Shown piece by piece: positions 40,342-50,098 of a stretch of 64,000 bases of DNA. The position numbers and the translations under genes were made by a program. Positions within the stretch are counted from its first letter, which is position 1. Each line of letters begins with the position of its first letter. Under the pieces are notes generated by a model. It worked only from the letters and a program-made list of their open reading frames with translations, ran no database searches and had not been told where the DNA came from. Origin of the DNA: an uncultured Gammaproteobacteria bacterium (GTDB lineage: Bacteria > Pseudomonadota > Gammaproteobacteria > SZUA-229); contig CAWKAL010000110.1 of NCBI GenBank assembly GCA_963847575.1, positions 121-64,120 of the forward strand. Direction: 5' to 3'.

Positions 40342-40449
40342 GGGGGCTCCACAAACGAAGCCGCCATTGTACGCAAGATGCGGGAAATATCATCCTGTCA
40401 TGGGGGTGATGGATCTGGTCGGTGAATTAGGGTATGGAAGATTACTAAT

Positions 40450-40614
40450 ATCCACAGATGAACGCAGATGAACACGGATAAAAGCAAATAATATTGTCCG
40501 CGAAAAACGCAAATGACGCGAATAAAAACATTAAGTTTGTATTTTGCGTTCTTTGCGTTATTCGCGGCTGATATCTTTGCTTTTATCTGTGTTCATCTGC
40601 GTTCATCCGCGGAC
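40450..40614. repeat. Doubly nested palindromic intergenic element
   Basis: Outer arms are atccacagatgaacgcagatgaacacggataaaagcaaa and tttgcttttatctgtgttcatctgcgttcatccgcgga. Inner arms are tccgcgaaaaacgcaaatgacgcgaataaaaac and gtattttgcgttctttgcgttattcgcgg. Confidence 0.88.
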
Positions 40615-40699
40615 GATTTTTTGTCTGCAGTTCAAAAACACCCCCTGAACCAGCTAGACTCTGTTAACTAACGAATAAATAACAAATTTTAAATACCAC

Positions 40700-41276
40700 A
40701 TGCAGATTGATCCCAGCACTGGCCTGATTCGCGAAGCGCGCCAGGTGGCCTCGCCCAACGCCGATGACCGGCCTGCGGGTGCGCCGCTGGATCTCGTGGT
40801 GCTGCATTCCATCAGCCTGCCGCCGGGTGAGTTTGGCGGGCCGTGGATAGAGCAGCTGTTCTGCAATACCCTGCCGCCGGATGAGCACCCCTATTTCGCC
40901 GAGATTCACGCCGTTAAAGGTCTCTGCGCATGTGCTTATCAGGCGCGATGGCGAGCTGGTCCAGTTTGTCCCCTTCCAGCAGCGTGCCTGGCACGCCGGG
41001 CAGTCAAATTACTGCGGCCGCGAGGCCTGCAACGATTTTTCCATCGGCATCGAACTTGAAGGCACCGATGATTCGGCATTCGAAGCCATCCAGTATGAAA
41101 CCCTGGCCGCGCTGATCACCGCGCTCTGCGCCACCTACCCGGGGATCAACCGTGACCACATCACCGGCCACAGCGATATTGCACCGGGACGAAAAACAGA
41201 CCCCGGCAGTGGATTTGAATGGGATAAACTTTATGCCCTGCTGGATAGCAGCGCGCCCGATCAACAATCGGCGTGA
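40700..41276 (+). pseudogene. ampD: 1,6-anhydro-N-acetylmuramyl-L-alanine amidase AmpD, frame broken once near 40910
   Basis: ORFs 40700..41059 and 40881..41276 together give a full AmpD (..SPN.DDRP..LVVLHSISLPPGEFGG.., then VSAHVLIRRDGELVQFV..RAWHAG.S..GRE.CNDFSIGIELEG..GHSDIAPGRKTDPG). Total length is 3n+1. Confidence 0.85.
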
Positions 41277-41301
41277 GACTGGCGCTGCCACGTTACTAAT
41301 T

Positions 41302-42147
41302 ATGTCACTCATAACCGTCATTATTGCCCTGATTCTTGATCGCCTGTTGCGCGAGCATCATGACCTGCGCGACCTTGGCTGGTTCGAGCATTATTCCGGC
41401 TGGCTCAGCAAGCGGCTGCCCATTGGCAGCCCCGTGCTGAACATCATCCTGATCCTGTTGTTACCGCTGGGCCTGATCCTGCTGGTTCAGCTAGCGCTGC
41501 ATGACACCCTGTTTAATGGCCCTTATTTTATATTTGGTGTGCTGGTCGTGATTTATTGTCTCGGCCCGGCCTGCCTGGCCAGCGACATCGAAGCCTACCT
41601 GGACGCACGCAGCCTGGGTGATGATGAAGAAGCCATGCATTATGCAGGCGTGATCACCGAACGCTCGGCATCGACCGTGCCTGACCAGCAAACCTCCGAT
41701 GTCACGCGCGCCATTCTGTATGTCGCCAACCAGCGCATATTTTCGGTACTGGTCTGGTTCGTATTGCTCGGCCCGATTGGCGCAGTGCTGTTTCGCTTCA
41801 TCACCCAGCTCGCCAGGGACGACGACAATTCTCCCGGGCAAATCCAGCTGGCGAAAAAACTCCACGCCTGGATGGCCTGGTTACCTGCACGCATGCTCGC
41901 CCTTGGCTACGCGATGATGGGAAATTTTGAAAGCGCCGTACAGGCGTATCGTTCTCGTACCCCCGAACCTGACCTCGGCTTACGCAATTATGACGTGCTG
42001 GTGACTACCGGTATCGGCGCTATCAAGGACCACGCCGAACTGGACGAGGTGGCCAGCATCCACGCCGTGCGTGGACTGGTGATGCGCTCTGTGCTGCTCT
42101 GGGTCACCATGCTTGCCTTACTCACCATGGGTGGCTGGTTAAGTTGA
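41302..42147 (+). CDS. ampE: AmpE-like inner-membrane regulatory protein
   Basis: The start MSLITVIIALILDRLL matches the AmpE N-terminal pattern. Polytopic membrane protein located directly after ampD. Confidence 0.7.
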   Translation: MSLITVIIALILDRLLREHHDLRDLGWFEHYSGWLSKRLPIGSPVLNIILILLLPLGLILLVQLALHDTLFNGPYFIFGVLVVIYCLGPACLASDIEAYLDARSLGDDEEAMHYAGVITERSASTVPDQQTSDVTRAILYVANQRIFSVLVWFVLLGPIGAVLFRFITQLARDDDNSPGQIQLAKKLHAWMAWLPARMLALGYAMMGNFESAVQAYRSRTPEPDLGLRNYDVLVTTGIGAIKDHAELDEVASIHAVRGLVMRSVLLWVTMLALLTMGGWLS

Positions 42148-42740
42148 AAACCCGGATTGATGTCATACGCCATGGCGAACCCGTGGGTGGCAGACGTTAT
42201 CGTGGCCACGGTGTTGATGACCCCTTGACCGAAACAGGCTGGCAGCAAATGTGGGCATCTACACCTGAAACCCTACAATGGGATGTGATTATCAGCTCGC
42301 CATTGTTGCGCTGTGCGGAATTTTCCCAGGCGCTTGCCGCGCGTATGCAGTGTCCGTATGAAATTGTAGATGCGATGAAAGAAATCGGCTTTGGCGCCTG
42401 GGAAGGCAAAACGCCCGAAGAAATCATTGCGGCCGATGCCATGGCACTGGAGCGGTTTTACGCAGACCCGGTACATAACCGCCCTGCCGGCGCCGAATCA
42501 CTCGAAGATTTTTCCGCACGCGTGTGGCAGGCCTATAGCGAGATTGCCGAGAAACACCCGGGCAAACGCGTGCTCATCGTAGCGCACGCCGGCGTCGCGC
42601 GCGCGGTCATCGCCAATGTACTGCGCATGTCACTCGATGATGTCTACAGCCGCCTGAAAATCGAATACGGCGCGGTGGTGTCCACCCTGATCGAAAAAGA
42701 AGGCGGCACACCCAAGATGCTGGTGGCGAATTGTTTATAG
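42144..42740 (+). CDS. Histidine phosphatase family protein (CobC/alpha-ribazole phosphatase-like)
   Basis: RHG motif (VIRHGEP) and a second catalytic His (IVAHAGV). 198 aa. Its start overlaps the ampE stop. Confidence 0.78.
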   Translation: MKTRIDVIRHGEPVGGRRYRGHGVDDPLTETGWQQMWASTPETLQWDVIISSPLLRCAEFSQALAARMQCPYEIVDAMKEIGFGAWEGKTPEEIIAADAMALERFYADPVHNRPAGAESLEDFSARVWQAYSEIAEKHPGKRVLIVAHAGVARAVIANVLRMSLDDVYSRLKIEYGAVVSTLIEKEGGTPKMLVANCL

Positions 42741-42753
42741 AAAGTTAAAACCT

Positions 42754-42994
42754 AAGGCGCAACCGCAGAGGCGCAGAGGACGCTGAGAAAACATTCTTAA
42801 AATTGTAAAAATGATTGGCCGCAAATTACGCAAAGAACGCAAATAAAATCTTTATGTCTGGACGGGCTTCGCCCGCCGAATAGCCACCGATTTATTTTTA
42901 CTTTGCGTCCTTTGCGTAATTTGCGGCAATTAATTTTTTTGCATATAACCTGTAATCTTTCTCTGCGTCCTCTGCGCCTCTGCGGTTGCGCCTT
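42754..42994. repeat. Triply nested palindromic intergenic element
   Basis: Outer arms are aaggcgcaaccgcagaggcgcagaggacgctgagaaa and tttctctgcgtcctctgcgcctctgcggttgcgcctt. Middle arms are ggccgcaaattacgcaaagaacgcaaataaaat and atttatttttactttgcgtcctttgcgtaatttgcggc. The core hairpin is gggc-ttc-gccc. Confidence 0.88.
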
Positions 42995-43010
42995 TATCTT
43001 TGTAATCCAC

Positions 43011-43797
43011 CTACGCACTCTTCTTCGACAGGTTCACCAGTTCTATGGTGGGTAAATCCAGTTGGTAGTGTTTTGCCAGTGCTAGTGCGCGTTCGAGCCG
43101 TGCCGGGGCGCTGCGGCCCATGCACTTGTGATCGAGGTCGCCCTTGAAGGCCTCCAGCATGCCGTTCATCAGCCTGCCCGGTTCAATGATTTCGCCGGTC
43201 ATGGCGAACTGCAGTTGCATGACTTCGCGCGCAATATCCTGCGCCAGCTCGCGGTGGTTACGCCAGAGTTCACCGACAGTGCCACCGACGCGTAGACCCG
43301 CGATATTGGTGGTGATGATATACACATTTTTCAGAATCAGCTCGAACAGCAGCGCAGTTTCGTCCTCGAGTACCCGTACCGGGATAGCGAGTGTGCCAAG
43401 CGCATCCGCCAGCTGCTGTGCGTGTTTCCCATAGGCGGGTGACGGAATCAGTACTTTCACATCCTGGCCTTTTTTCTTTTCGAACCATACTGATATCACC
43501 GTCGGTTCGATACCGTGCTGTTTCCAGTCCGCCGGCAGCAGCTCGTTTTGCAGCAGTACAATGCGATCGCGCCAGCGCGCTGGCACCTGCTCGAGCATGG
43601 GCTGTAAATCAGCTTCAGCGACCGCGATCAGCACCAGCTCGGGATCGGGCAGTTCGGCCGCCTGTTGAGCCATGCTGGTGTCCACGCACCACCGGCACCA
43701 CCGGGTAGCCGGCGCGCAGAAATCCGCGGGCAAATACGCTGCCCATTTCACCCAGACCGACGATCACAACAGGTTTATGCATAACAGTTCCGCTCAT
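43011..43797 (-). pseudogene. Rossmann-fold (ketopantoate-reductase-like N-terminus) protein of unknown function, frame broken near 43680
   Basis: The N-terminal fragment MHKPVVIVGLGEMGSVFARGFLRAGYPV (GxGxxG) is in ORF 43615..43923. The remainder (..ELPDPELVLIAV..) is in ORF 43011..43751. Confidence 0.5.
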
Positions 43798-43826
43798 AAG
43801 ACACACTTTCTCCACAGGCTGATAGA

Positions 43827-44859
43827 ATGGCGGCGAATTATAACAATGACCGAGCCAGAAAATTGAGACCCGTAGCGCAATCGCAGGACCGCATTTCCCT
43901 GCTGACACAATGGTTAAACACACTCGCCGAGGGAAATTTTAGCGCACCGCTGCCGGCCTCTGCCGACGCCAGCTTCCGCCGTTATTTCCGTGTACATGAT
44001 AGCGCCGCCAATACCGACCGTATCGTTATGGATGCACCGCCGGACAAAGAAGACTGCAGCGCGTTTATTCATGTCACGCATTTACTCAGGGGGGTCGGTG
44101 TAAATGCGCCCGCGATCCTGGCGCAGGACCCGTCGCTGGGATTTTTGCTGCTGGAAGACCTGGGCAGCGAACCCTACCTGGACCTGCTGAATGACAACAG
44201 TGCGGACAGCCTGTATGCCGATGCTATCGGCGCCCTGGTCAGGATGCAGGCCATCAAAAATAATTTACCCGCCTATGACAGCCCAGCGCCTGCAAACTGA
44301 AATGGGACTGTTCGAAACATGGTACCTCAACCGGCACCTTGGCGTGCAGCTGGATGCAAGGCAGCAGCAAACACTTGCACAGTGCTGCAAGCTGCTTATA
44401 GACAACGCCACGCAACAGCCGCAGGTATTTGTGCATCGTGATTATCATTCGCGCAACCTGATGAAAACCAGCAGCAATAATCCCGGCGTGATTGATTACC
44501 AGGATGCGGTCATCGGACCGATCAGCTATGACCTCGTGTCCCTGTTCAAGGACTGTTACATAGAATGGCCGCGTGATCGCATCGAAGCCTGGCTGAAAAA
44601 CTATCTTGCAACTGCACAGCTCAAGGTTGATTTTAAAACGTTCCTGCGCTGGTTTGACCTGATGGGCGTGCAACGCCATCTGAAAGTACTCGGCATATTT
44701 TCAAGATTGAATTACCGTGATGGCAAAGCGCAATACCTGGATGATCTGCCGCTAACACTTAAGTATGTTGTGGATGTGTGCGAACGCTATGCAGAACTCA
44801 AACCTTTGCTTGAATTGCTGCAGACATGCGTTCTTAGCCATCCACAGCTGGGCGACTGA
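43827..44859 (+). pseudogene. amgK: Aminoglycoside-phosphotransferase-fold kinase, AmgK-like (anomeric MurNAc/GlcNAc kinase), frame broken near 44275
   Basis: ORFs 43827..44300 and 44191..44859 are colinear (..ASFRRYFRV.., ..HRDYHSRNLM.., ..IDYQDA..GP.SYDLVSL..). The gene sits directly upstream of a MurU-like nucleotidyltransferase, as in Pseudomonas. Confidence 0.72.
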
Positions 44860-44889
44860 CACTATGTGCTTCAGCCTGTTATTTATTCC

Positions 44890-45573
44890 ATGAATAAGAA
44901 AATCACCCGCGCCATGATACTCGCCGCCGGCCGCGGTGAACGCCTGCGCCCGTTGACTGACCGCACACCCAAGCCGCTGCTTGAAGTCGCCGGAAAAAAA
45001 CTGATTGAATACCATATCGAAAACCTCGCGCGGGCAGGCATTACTGATATCGTCATCAACACCGCGTGGCTGAGTGAGCAGATTCATTCGGCACTCGGCG
45101 ATGGTACACGCTACGGCGTGAACATACGCTATTCGAATGAAGGCGAAGCACTCGAAACCGCGGGCGGTATTATTCGCGCATTGCCCTTGCTCGGTGAAAC
45201 CTTCATTGTCGTCAATGGCGACATCTGGTGTGATTTTGATTTTTCGACCTGGGCAAATAAAAAACTCGATACGCAGGCACATCTTTTGCTGGTTGAAAAT
45301 CCTGACCATAATACCTCGGGAGACTTTGGCATTGAACACGGCATGCTGACCAATACAGCTTCCAGCATGTATACCTACAGCGGCATTGGTATTTACAGCG
45401 CAGATTTATTCAACAACATGCCCGATGGCAAGGCTGCGCTCGCACCGATTCTTCGCAATAGAAGCCAGCAGGGATTAATCAGCGCAGAACTCTATACAGG
45501 CAAATGGACCGATGTCGGTACCCTGGAGCGCCTGCAGCAGCTGGAAATTGAACCTGGCGCTGGCAACCACTAA
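44890..45573 (+). CDS. murU: MurNAc-alpha-1-phosphate uridylyltransferase-like nucleotidyltransferase
   Basis: Motif AMILAAGRGERLRPLTDRTPKPLL, about 227 aa, paired with the amgK-like gene. An alternative start lies at 44866. Confidence 0.75.
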   Translation: MNKKITRAMILAAGRGERLRPLTDRTPKPLLEVAGKKLIEYHIENLARAGITDIVINTAWLSEQIHSALGDGTRYGVNIRYSNEGEALETAGGIIRALPLLGETFIVVNGDIWCDFDFSTWANKKLDTQAHLLLVENPDHNTSGDFGIEHGMLTNTASSMYTYSGIGIYSADLFNNMPDGKAALAPILRNRSQQGLISAELYTGKWTDVGTLERLQQLEIEPGAGNH

Positions 45574-45628
45574 AGTCACAGGAACAAACACGACTCTCGG
45601 CCAATGATGCACACCCCGGATACCAACA

Positions 45629-47837
45629 ATGCGCAGGCCTGAAACTCGCTACATAATAGTGCTGGTTCTGTTGATACTGTTATCTGGGCTCTGGCTGGCA
45701 CGCGTAACACTTGCAGAATTCGTGTTTTTGGCAGCCCTGCGTAATGCCGGAATGCAGGACGTCAGTGCCGACATACAGCAGCTCGACCTTGATCACACAA
45801 AGCTGGCACGCCTTGGTTTCAGTCTTGCCAATGACGCGGGCCTGCTCAAGCTAGAATCACAAGATCTTGATATTGGCTACAGCTTTGGCCAGCTCGCCAG
45901 CGGCCGGATTGAATCACTGACAATTAAACGGCTCGACGTACACTATACGCCTGCCCAGGACGTGCAGCCTGAATCCTCTGCCACAGCAAAGGTGATGCAA
46001 CCTGTACAAGTGCTTGCGGCAATCAGGCATGGATTGCACGAATATGCATTCGCAAATCGCGTCAGCGTTCACACCATGGTGCTTGCACGGCGAGCCGTTC
46101 GATGCCCTGCAGGACATGCCGATTGAACTCGACGTGATTCATGATGCCGGCACCTTACAGGCAAGCGTGACACTGCTACAGCCGCCGCAGTCAACCGACA
46201 CCCGTCAACGCCAGCTCGCAATTACACAATTCACAGCGGACAGACTTGCAGCTGAACTAAGATTTTCTGACACGCCCGGGGAATCTGCCGCAGGCATCAT
46301 GATTGATTTCCCGGACACGGATAATCACGAAACCACGCTAGCAGGCACCTACCAGCTCGACCCGCAAAGACTGCAGCACTGGCTAGATCCAACCAGGCAG
46401 CTGAACACCATCAATACCACAGGCACAATAAAAGGCGCAATCGCGGTTGATTTCAAACACACGGATGCAATCAGTACCCGCTTGAGCGCCAGCTCTAATC
46501 GCATCACTGCGGGCAGCTATAGTGCGGATAAAGCTGAAATCCATTTTTCCGGCATCTACTCAAACACGGAATCACAACATCGGCTGAGCCTGGATAAAGA
46601 CTCGTACGTGACATTTAACAAATTCAACTACGATACGATTGCACTCGTACCTGGAAAAATAATGCTGTCAGGTGTACTGCTGGCATCTGCCAGCGGCCGG
46701 GATTATAACGCCACAATCCATACCGACACACTCACATTAAACCTGCCAGAACAGGTTCTCCGGCTGAAAGAGCTCTCTACGCGCATACAGGCGAACGACC
46801 AGCAAGTGTCACTAGACGGCAGTTTCGCTCCAGCCGATCTGCCTGGAAAATTCAGCTTCGTTGCCAGGCACAATTTTACGACCGCAGCCGGCACGCTGCT
46901 GATCGACCCGCAAACACCGATAAACCTGAACACCGATACACATAAACTCAGCCAGCTACTATCGCCATGGCCCTGGCCGTTTGATCTTCTGGCAGGAACT
47001 TTGCACCTGTCATCACGGGCACACTGGTCACAGACAACTGACTTCACACTCACGACTAAAGTTACACTTGACGACGCCGGTGGCAGTATTGGCGAGCTGC
47101 TGTTCTCCGGCCTCAGTTTTGATCACGAACTTGGAATACAACCGACACTGCAATCACTTCGCCCAACACAATTTGAACTTAAGCACATGGACAGCGGTGT
47201 TATTGCAAGCAATATAAGCACTCTACTTAGACTCAAAACACCCGAAAAGAAATTACTGCCCGAGATCGAGATACAAAATCTACAGGGTGAAATATTTGGC
47301 GGAAAATTCACTGCAGATGATTTTATCTATAATTTGAATTCTGCTACAAACAGGCTAAAGGTAAATGCCACCAACATAGACCTCGCGAAAATTGTTGAGA
47401 CCCAGCAACTCGAAGATATCACGGTCACTGGCAGAATCGATGGCAACATACCGGTGACTATAAATGCGCAGGGTATTTCTATCGAACATGGCGCCTTCAT
47501 CAATGACGTTCGTGCCGGCACTATTCGCTACAATCCAGCCGCCGGTACTGAGCAGCTGAAACAGAATCCGCTCACTGGCATCACACTGGACGCTCTGCGG
47601 GATTTCCGCTACAGTGAATTATCTGCCGGCGTCGATTTCACCCCTGAAGGCGTATTGACCATAGATCTCAAGTTAAAAGGAACCAGCCCGGAGCTTGATA
47701 CAAATCGCCCCGTGCATTTGAATATAAATACTGAACAAAACTTGCTTTCACTACTCAAAAGCTTACGATATGCCAAAGGCGTCAGCGATGCGATCGACGC
47801 AAAAGTTCGCCGTCAGTATGAAAAAACCCAACAGTAA
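45629..47837 (+). pseudogene. ydbH: YdbH-like AsmA-family intermembrane transport protein, frame broken near 46085
   Basis: N-terminal TM anchor and a long beta-rich body. The C-terminal YdbH-type segment is ..IRYNP..LRDFRYSELSAGVDFTPEGVLTIDLKLKG..N.N.EQNL.SLL. It is followed by ynbE and ydbL. Total length is 3n+1. Confidence 0.72.
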
Positions 47838-47859
47838 CTACCAGGCCGGTAAAAAACAC

Positions 47860-48045
47860 ATGCAAAGACTACTTTTGATATTCACCCTGGGGATTTTTAT
47901 CATCGCCTGTTCCCCCACCGTCAAGGTTGAAGCACCCGACAAACCTATTACCATCAATCTCAATGTCAAAATCGAACATGAAATTCGCGTCAAGGTAGAT
48001 AAAGATCTTGAAGACGTATTCAGCAATGACAGCGGACTTTTCTAA
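47860..48045 (+). CDS. ynbE: YnbE-family lipoprotein
   Basis: 61 aa. Lipobox FIIAC, then SPTVKVEAPDKPITINLNVKIEHEIRVKVDKDLEDV, characteristic of YnbE. Confidence 0.82.
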   Translation: MQRLLLIFTLGIFIIACSPTVKVEAPDKPITINLNVKIEHEIRVKVDKDLEDVFSNDSGLF

Positions 48046-48060
48046 CGGAGGCCAGCCACA

Positions 48061-48384
48061 ATGAAACATTTATTAGCCCTATTTACCACATGCCTGCTGT
48101 TAATAGCGCAGCCAGCGTATGCAATCGACCTGCAAACAGCCAAAGACCAGGGGCTGGTGGGTGAGACCCCCAGTGGCTACCTGGCAGCCGTCAAATCACC
48201 CTCAGCCGATGTGACTTCGATGATGAACAGCGTCAATGCCCAGCGTAAAGAAAAATACCAGGAAATTGCCACCCGCAATAACACTTCACTACAGGCAGTA
48301 GAACAACTGGCAGGCAAGAAGGCCATTGAAAAGTCTGCCCCCGGCAGTTACATACAGATCAATGGTGCATGGCAGAAAAAGTAA
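48061..48384 (+). CDS. ydbL: YdbL-like periplasmic protein (DUF1318)
   Basis: Signal peptide, then LQTAKDQGLVGE...GYL, ..NAQRKEKYQEIA.., typical of YdbL. Third gene of the ydbH-ynbE-ydbL unit. Confidence 0.8.
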   Translation: MKHLLALFTTCLLLIAQPAYAIDLQTAKDQGLVGETPSGYLAAVKSPSADVTSMMNSVNAQRKEKYQEIATRNNTSLQAVEQLAGKKAIEKSAPGSYIQINGAWQKK

Positions 48385-48462
48385 GCCATATATTTTCACG
48401 GGTTATAAATATCGCGCTGTGCTTTAAAATCGCACCCGTTCAAAACAACTTGCCAAAACAAT

Positions 48463-49065
48463 ATGCCAGAGCAACAAATGTTTAACACCGCTATAAAACT
48501 CATCGATGCTGCAAACAGTGAAGATCCCAACATTGAATCCAGCGATGGCAAGGACTGGCCGAAAGAGCTGCTGTATTCACATCGCATGTCCGACATGATC
48601 GAACGTTACGCGCCGGAGGCCGACGATGCGATGAAAATCGCTGTGCGCGCCCAGCACATCCAGCGCTGGAAGTCCCCACGCAGTGACTACCCGATGGACC
48701 GCAAGGGCTACCACCAGTGGCGCACGCGTCTTTACACCTTTCATGCAGACACCGTGGCAGCGCTGCTGGTGAAGGCCGGCTACGATAATGACTTTATCGA
48801 ACGCGTTAAACTTGCCGTCAGCAAAAAATCACTCAAGACCAACCCCGACACCCAGATGCTGGAAGACGTGATTGGCCTGGTGTTTATCGAGCACTACATG
48901 CTGGAATTCGCCGGCAAGCATCCCGAGTACGACGAGGCGAAGTGGATCGACATTATCCGCAAGACCTGGCGAAAAATGTCTGAGCGGGCTCACCAGTTCG
49001 CCCTCGGTGGTAATATCACCCTGCCAGAACCGCTGGTTCCGCTGATTCAAAAAGCAGTCGCTTAA
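48463..49065 (+). CDS. Conserved hypothetical protein (DUF4202-like)
   Basis: 200 aa, all-helical. The motif RAQHIQRWKSPRSDYPMDRKGYHQWRTRLYTFHA recalls DUF4202. Assignment is from memory only. Confidence 0.5.
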   Translation: MPEQQMFNTAIKLIDAANSEDPNIESSDGKDWPKELLYSHRMSDMIERYAPEADDAMKIAVRAQHIQRWKSPRSDYPMDRKGYHQWRTRLYTFHADTVAALLVKAGYDNDFIERVKLAVSKKSLKTNPDTQMLEDVIGLVFIEHYMLEFAGKHPEYDEAKWIDIIRKTWRKMSERAHQFALGGNITLPEPLVPLIQKAVA

Positions 49066-49074
49066 AGTTGGTGT

Positions 49075-49743
49075 TCAGCGCCCCCACGGTACCATTTCAA
49101 CTGACATACATAAGCGCACTGATTCACTGATAAAGTACCGATAACTGTTCATATCAAATTCAAACCGGCTCACCTCGCCCCTTCCCTTCATATAAATTCG
49201 ATCGGGGCGGTGGTTTTCACCGTTCTCAAGTACGCGAAGGCTTATTTCAAATACCACCGGCTGGGTTACACCGTGCAGCGTAAGCTCACCGTGGACATGG
49301 CCCTGTTCCTGATTGTCCAGGTGCACCGCGCGCCCTACGAAGAGGATTTCGGGAAAGCGACTGGCATCAATAAAATCCCGCCCCTGCACCATCGGCAACA
49401 TATCGATGTTTTCTGATTCAAGGCTGGTGGTATGTATCAGTAACAATGCCTGCCCGACTTTCGAAAGCCCTGGCGGCACTGCAAGCCCACCAGTAAGGTG
49501 GGTAAACTCACCGCGAAATTCCTGGAACGGAAAATGACGCACGCAAAAACCCACTTTTGACCTGTCTGGATCTACTCGATACAGGCGACCATCTTCGGCA
49601 GCATCGCGCATGACACGCAAATGCTGCGGATCAACCTTGCCACCCTCGAAGATACTGCAGGGCTGTGATGCCATCACAACGCCCGCGATCAGCATGATCG
49701 TGCCAATGCAAACAAGGCGCGCAAAAGATAGCCTGCTGATCAT
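49075..49743 (-). CDS. YceI-like periplasmic polyisoprenoid-binding family protein
   Basis: Signal-anchor MISRLSFARLVCIGTIMLIAGVVMA, then YceI-like strands (S.VGF.V.H.....RG.F; HGELTLHGVTQPVVFE). The ORF track extends to 49842. Confidence 0.72.
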   Translation of the reverse strand: MISRLSFARLVCIGTIMLIAGVVMASQPCSIFEGGKVDPQHLRVMRDAAEDGRLYRVDPDRSKVGFCVRHFPFQEFRGEFTHLTGGLAVPPGLSKVGQALLLIHTTSLESENIDMLPMVQGRDFIDASRFPEILFVGRAVHLDNQEQGHVHGELTLHGVTQPVVFEISLRVLENGENHRPDRIYMKGRGEVSRFEFDMNSYRYFISESVRLCMSVEMVPWGR

Positions 49744-50098
49744 CGATATGTCGGCATGCAATACGCGTGTTGCAACAAGGTAGTTTCTGAGCACTGAATT
49801 AACGAGGCGCAATAACCCACGAACAACCACCCTCCCAATCATAGATAGTCATGAATACATTTAGACAATTATCAGGATAGTCTCAAGCCTGAAGTGGCTC
49901 GTTGACCCTGATCAAGACAGGACTCTATCCTGCGAGGCGTCAGGATACTGGATCCCGGCCAGAAACATGCCAGGATGACGGGATTAAAGCGGGTTAAGTA
50001 TATTGGTGCCGGAGTAACGTAACTGTAGCGGCCTGGCGCGTAGGATATAAGGTTGCAAACCTCTGCGTTCTCTGTGACCACTGTGGCAAATAGTATTT

